From the NCBI GenBank assembly GCA_036012625.1, contig DASCPR010000172.1:1-29758 (forward strand): a stretch of DNA of 29,758 nucleotides, read 5' to 3'. The translations under genes were made by a program, and so were the position numbers. The DNA comes from Prochlorococcaceae cyanobacterium Fu_MAG_50. GTDB lineage: Bacteria; Cyanobacteriota; Cyanobacteriia; PCC-6307; Cyanobiaceae. Positions 28,099-29,758 of this stretch are shown piece after piece. Under the pieces are notes generated by a model that was not told the origin of the DNA, did no database searches, and saw only the letters and a program-made list of their open reading frames with translations. Within the stretch, counting starts at the first letter, position 1. Each line of letters opens with the position of its first letter.

Positions 28099-28140
28099 GT
28101 CCTGTTCAGCAAGTCCTCTTGATCAAGTCCTGTTCAGCAA
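28099..28140. repeat. Three tandem 14-bp units (GTCCTGTTCAGCAA / GTCCTCTTGATCAA / GTCCTGTTCAGCAA)
   Basis: Seen directly; units 1 and 3 are identical. Confidence 0.85.
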
Positions 28141-28201
28141 AGCTTGTTCGCCTGGGGAGGTCTGGTCCTACAGAACTGTGAAACTCTTTGGTGCGACCTG
28201 C

Positions 28202-28258
28202 AGTTCAGCGCAATGCCTTGCGATCAGCGCAGCTCCTGGCGATCAGCGCAGTGCCTGG
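28202..28258. repeat. Three tandem 19-bp units (AGTTCAGCGCAATGCCTTG / CGATCAGCGCAGCTCCTGG / CGATCAGCGCAGTGCCTGG)
   Basis: Seen directly; shared core TCAGCGCA at exact 19-bp periodicity. Confidence 0.85.
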
Positions 28259-28259
28259 T

Positions 28260-28415
28260 CTATGACTTTTTTTTGCTGATGGATTTGCGTCTTCGACGGT
28301 CTCGCCATTCAACGATCGAAAGATAGATCACAGAAAGGGTCACGAACACGAGCATGGATCCTGCCGATACGGCCAGGATCTTGTTGAACACTGATGTCTG
28401 AAGTGCTTCAGGCAC
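28260..28415 (-). CDS. 51-aa single-pass membrane protein immediately downstream of petN (not in the ORF track)
   Basis: Seen (hand translation): GTG-PEALQTSVFNKILAVSAGSMLVFVTLSVIYLSIVEWRDRRRRKSISKKKS-TAG. It has a 23-aa hydrophobic stretch and a very basic tail, and starts 2 nt after the petN stop. The start could also be GTG 28391. Confidence 0.72.
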   Translation of the reverse strand: MPEALQTSVFNKILAVSAGSMLVFVTLSVIYLSIVEWRDRRRRKSISKKKS

Positions 28416-28417
28416 AC

Positions 28418-28519
28418 TCAGAAATCAAGAGAGCCGTCTCCGTTACGTCCCCACACCACCATGGCAATGGAGAAACTGAAAACAGCTGCCAGCGAAGCCC
28501 AGGCAAGAGTGAATAACAC
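28418..28519 (-). CDS. petN: Cytochrome b6f complex subunit VIII (not in the ORF track)
   Basis: Seen (hand translation): (M)[32 protein letters not shown] from GTG 28519; an in-frame ATG at 28528 would add MKT. Established: PetN ...VVWGRNG motif. Confidence 0.96.
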   Translation of the reverse strand: MLFTLAWASLAAVFSFSIAMVVWGRNGDGSLDF

Positions 28520-28590
28520 TGTTTTCATCGGCAGAACTGAGGAGACTTTACTAGGCTCCGGACGAATCCGTTCACTGTTGCCCATCAGTC

Positions 28591-28887
28591 ATGACATTCG
28601 CGACTCCTGGCGCAACTCCAGTAATGGAGAAGGCAAGAGAAACTCAGCGATATCCCCAGGCGAGGGTGATTGTTCTTGATGATGACGTCAATACCTTTCA
28701 GCACGTTGTGGACTGCCTCAGGAAAATCATCCCCGGCATGGGCGAAGAGCGGGCCTGGAAACTCGCCCATCAGATCGATTCTCAGGGATCAGCTGAAGTC
28801 TGGTGCGGTCCATTGGAGCAGGCAGAGCTCTACCACCAGCAGCTCTCGGCAGAAGGACTGACGATGGCCCCGATTGAACGCTGCTGA
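28591..28887 (+). CDS. clpS: Clp protease adaptor ClpS
   Basis: Seen: RVIVLDDDVNTFQHVVDCL, AHQIDSQGSAEVWCGPLEQAELY and GLTMAP. Established: N-end-rule adaptor motif. Confidence 0.93.
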   Translation: MTFATPGATPVMEKARETQRYPQARVIVLDDDVNTFQHVVDCLRKIIPGMGEERAWKLAHQIDSQGSAEVWCGPLEQAELYHQQLSAEGLTMAPIERC

Positions 28888-28999
28888 TCAGTTTCAGCAG
28901 CTTCTGATTCAGGCCCTACTGACTTAAGGACTGTCGCGAGCTGACCCTCCAGCCACCCCAGGGAGATCGGACACTGGGATTGACAAGCAGATCTGGGGT

Positions 29000-29227
29000 T
29001 CAGGCCGCTGGCTTTTTCTTAGCAGCTGTGATCCGCAGCATGTCAGAGGTGCGAAGTCGAGAGGTCTGGGCCTCGAGCACGTACCTCACAACCTTTCCAG
29101 GGCATAAAGCCAGGCCACGAACTTCATTGCCATGGACCTCGGCCGTGATCATCCTTACCTCAGAACCACAGGTTTCTACAAGAGGCCCACTTACAGAATC
29201 CCGAAGGCTATCGATGGATTTGAGCAT
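29000..29227 (-). CDS. Small conserved hypothetical protein of picocyanobacteria
   Basis: Seen: 75-aa ORF with AEVHGNEVRGLALCPGKVVRYV, similar to a picocyanobacterial small protein as I recall it. Function unknown. Confidence 0.7.
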   Translation of the reverse strand: MLKSIDSLRDSVSGPLVETCGSEVRMITAEVHGNEVRGLALCPGKVVRYVLEAQTSRLRTSDMLRITAAKKKPAA

Positions 29228-29299
29228 CGCCGCATCAGAGGCACTTCCTTCTTCGTAGCCACCCCAGCTAGTTTCGACCAGGGTTGATCAGAGCAAGTT

Positions 29300-29575
29300 T
29301 TGGGAAGGGTTGTGATCACGCACAGCACCTACATCGAAGGGCTGATTCCCTGGTTGAAACAACTTTCCCGGCAGGAGAGGATTCAAACCATCACCCCTGG
29401 GGTGATCAGCAGGGTGAGAGGGCATAGCCCGTTGCTGAGACTGAGAATTTCCATCCAGACATGCGCAGGCTTCAAGTTAGTGGCCAGAAAAGGCAGCAGC
29501 GTCCAGGAGGTTTTTGTAGTGACTGAGCTCACAGAAGCCGAACTGATGGAGCAGATCAAAAGCAGCAAGCCTTGA
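29300..29575 (+). CDS. DUF2103-like protein
   Basis: Seen: TTG start, GRVVITHSTYIEGLIPWL, TITPGVISR and GFKLVARKGSSVQEVFVVT. The family is recalled, not searched. Confidence 0.82.
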   Translation: MGRVVITHSTYIEGLIPWLKQLSRQERIQTITPGVISRVRGHSPLLRLRISIQTCAGFKLVARKGSSVQEVFVVTELTEAELMEQIKSSKP

Positions 29576-29758
29576 TCACAAACATCCACAAGAAATAATC
29601 AAAAAAGTCATTAATGCCTGGGATGAAGCGCGTAGATCAGATCACCAGGCCAGCAGGTGCAGATTAAAAATCGAACGATCACAAGATATGAGGGCAGAAT
29701 AGATTCATAGACAAGCCTCAATCCAGATCAGCATGACCTGTAGACACGCCTGAACAAT

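Noticed and set aside
29576-29758. Gene or RNA at the right edge
   Set aside because: The minus-strand frames I read hit stops quickly, the ORF track shows nothing here on either strand, and I recognised no tRNA or ncRNA structure.

Overview
This window is a core-genome segment of a picocyanobacterium, most likely a marine Synechococcus-type organism. That assignment is an inference from recognisable proteins and gene order. Order: IMPase (5'-partial), hisZ, htpG, rpmB, ggpS plus a four-gene sugar/osmolyte ABC transporter, csaB, a DUF2499/DUF3593-like pair, psaK, an FAD oxidoreductase, dxs, ilvA, scpB, yggT, a secreted hypothetical, a MazG-like NTPase, pyk, a MacB/FtsX-type permease, ftsH (FtsH2-like), clpP, psb29, a 491-aa membrane-anchored hypothetical, a 51-aa membrane ORF, petN, clpS and two small conserved hypotheticals. 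I saw no rRNA, tRNA, CRISPR array, transposase or phage gene. Strongest observations: (1) two small genes absent from the ORF track, petN and a 51-aa single-helix membrane ORF whose start lies 2 nt after the petN stop; (2) the FAD oxidoreductase can only include its GxGxxG motif if it starts at a non-canonical codon, most plausibly a CTG overlapping the dxs stop; (3) short tandem duplications (10-19 bp units, 2-5 copies) recur in several spacers and in-frame within one protein, one nested with a 22-bp palindrome and a 14-bp inverted repeat. I found no clearly new multi-gene system. All family assignments come from motif recognition, not database searches.
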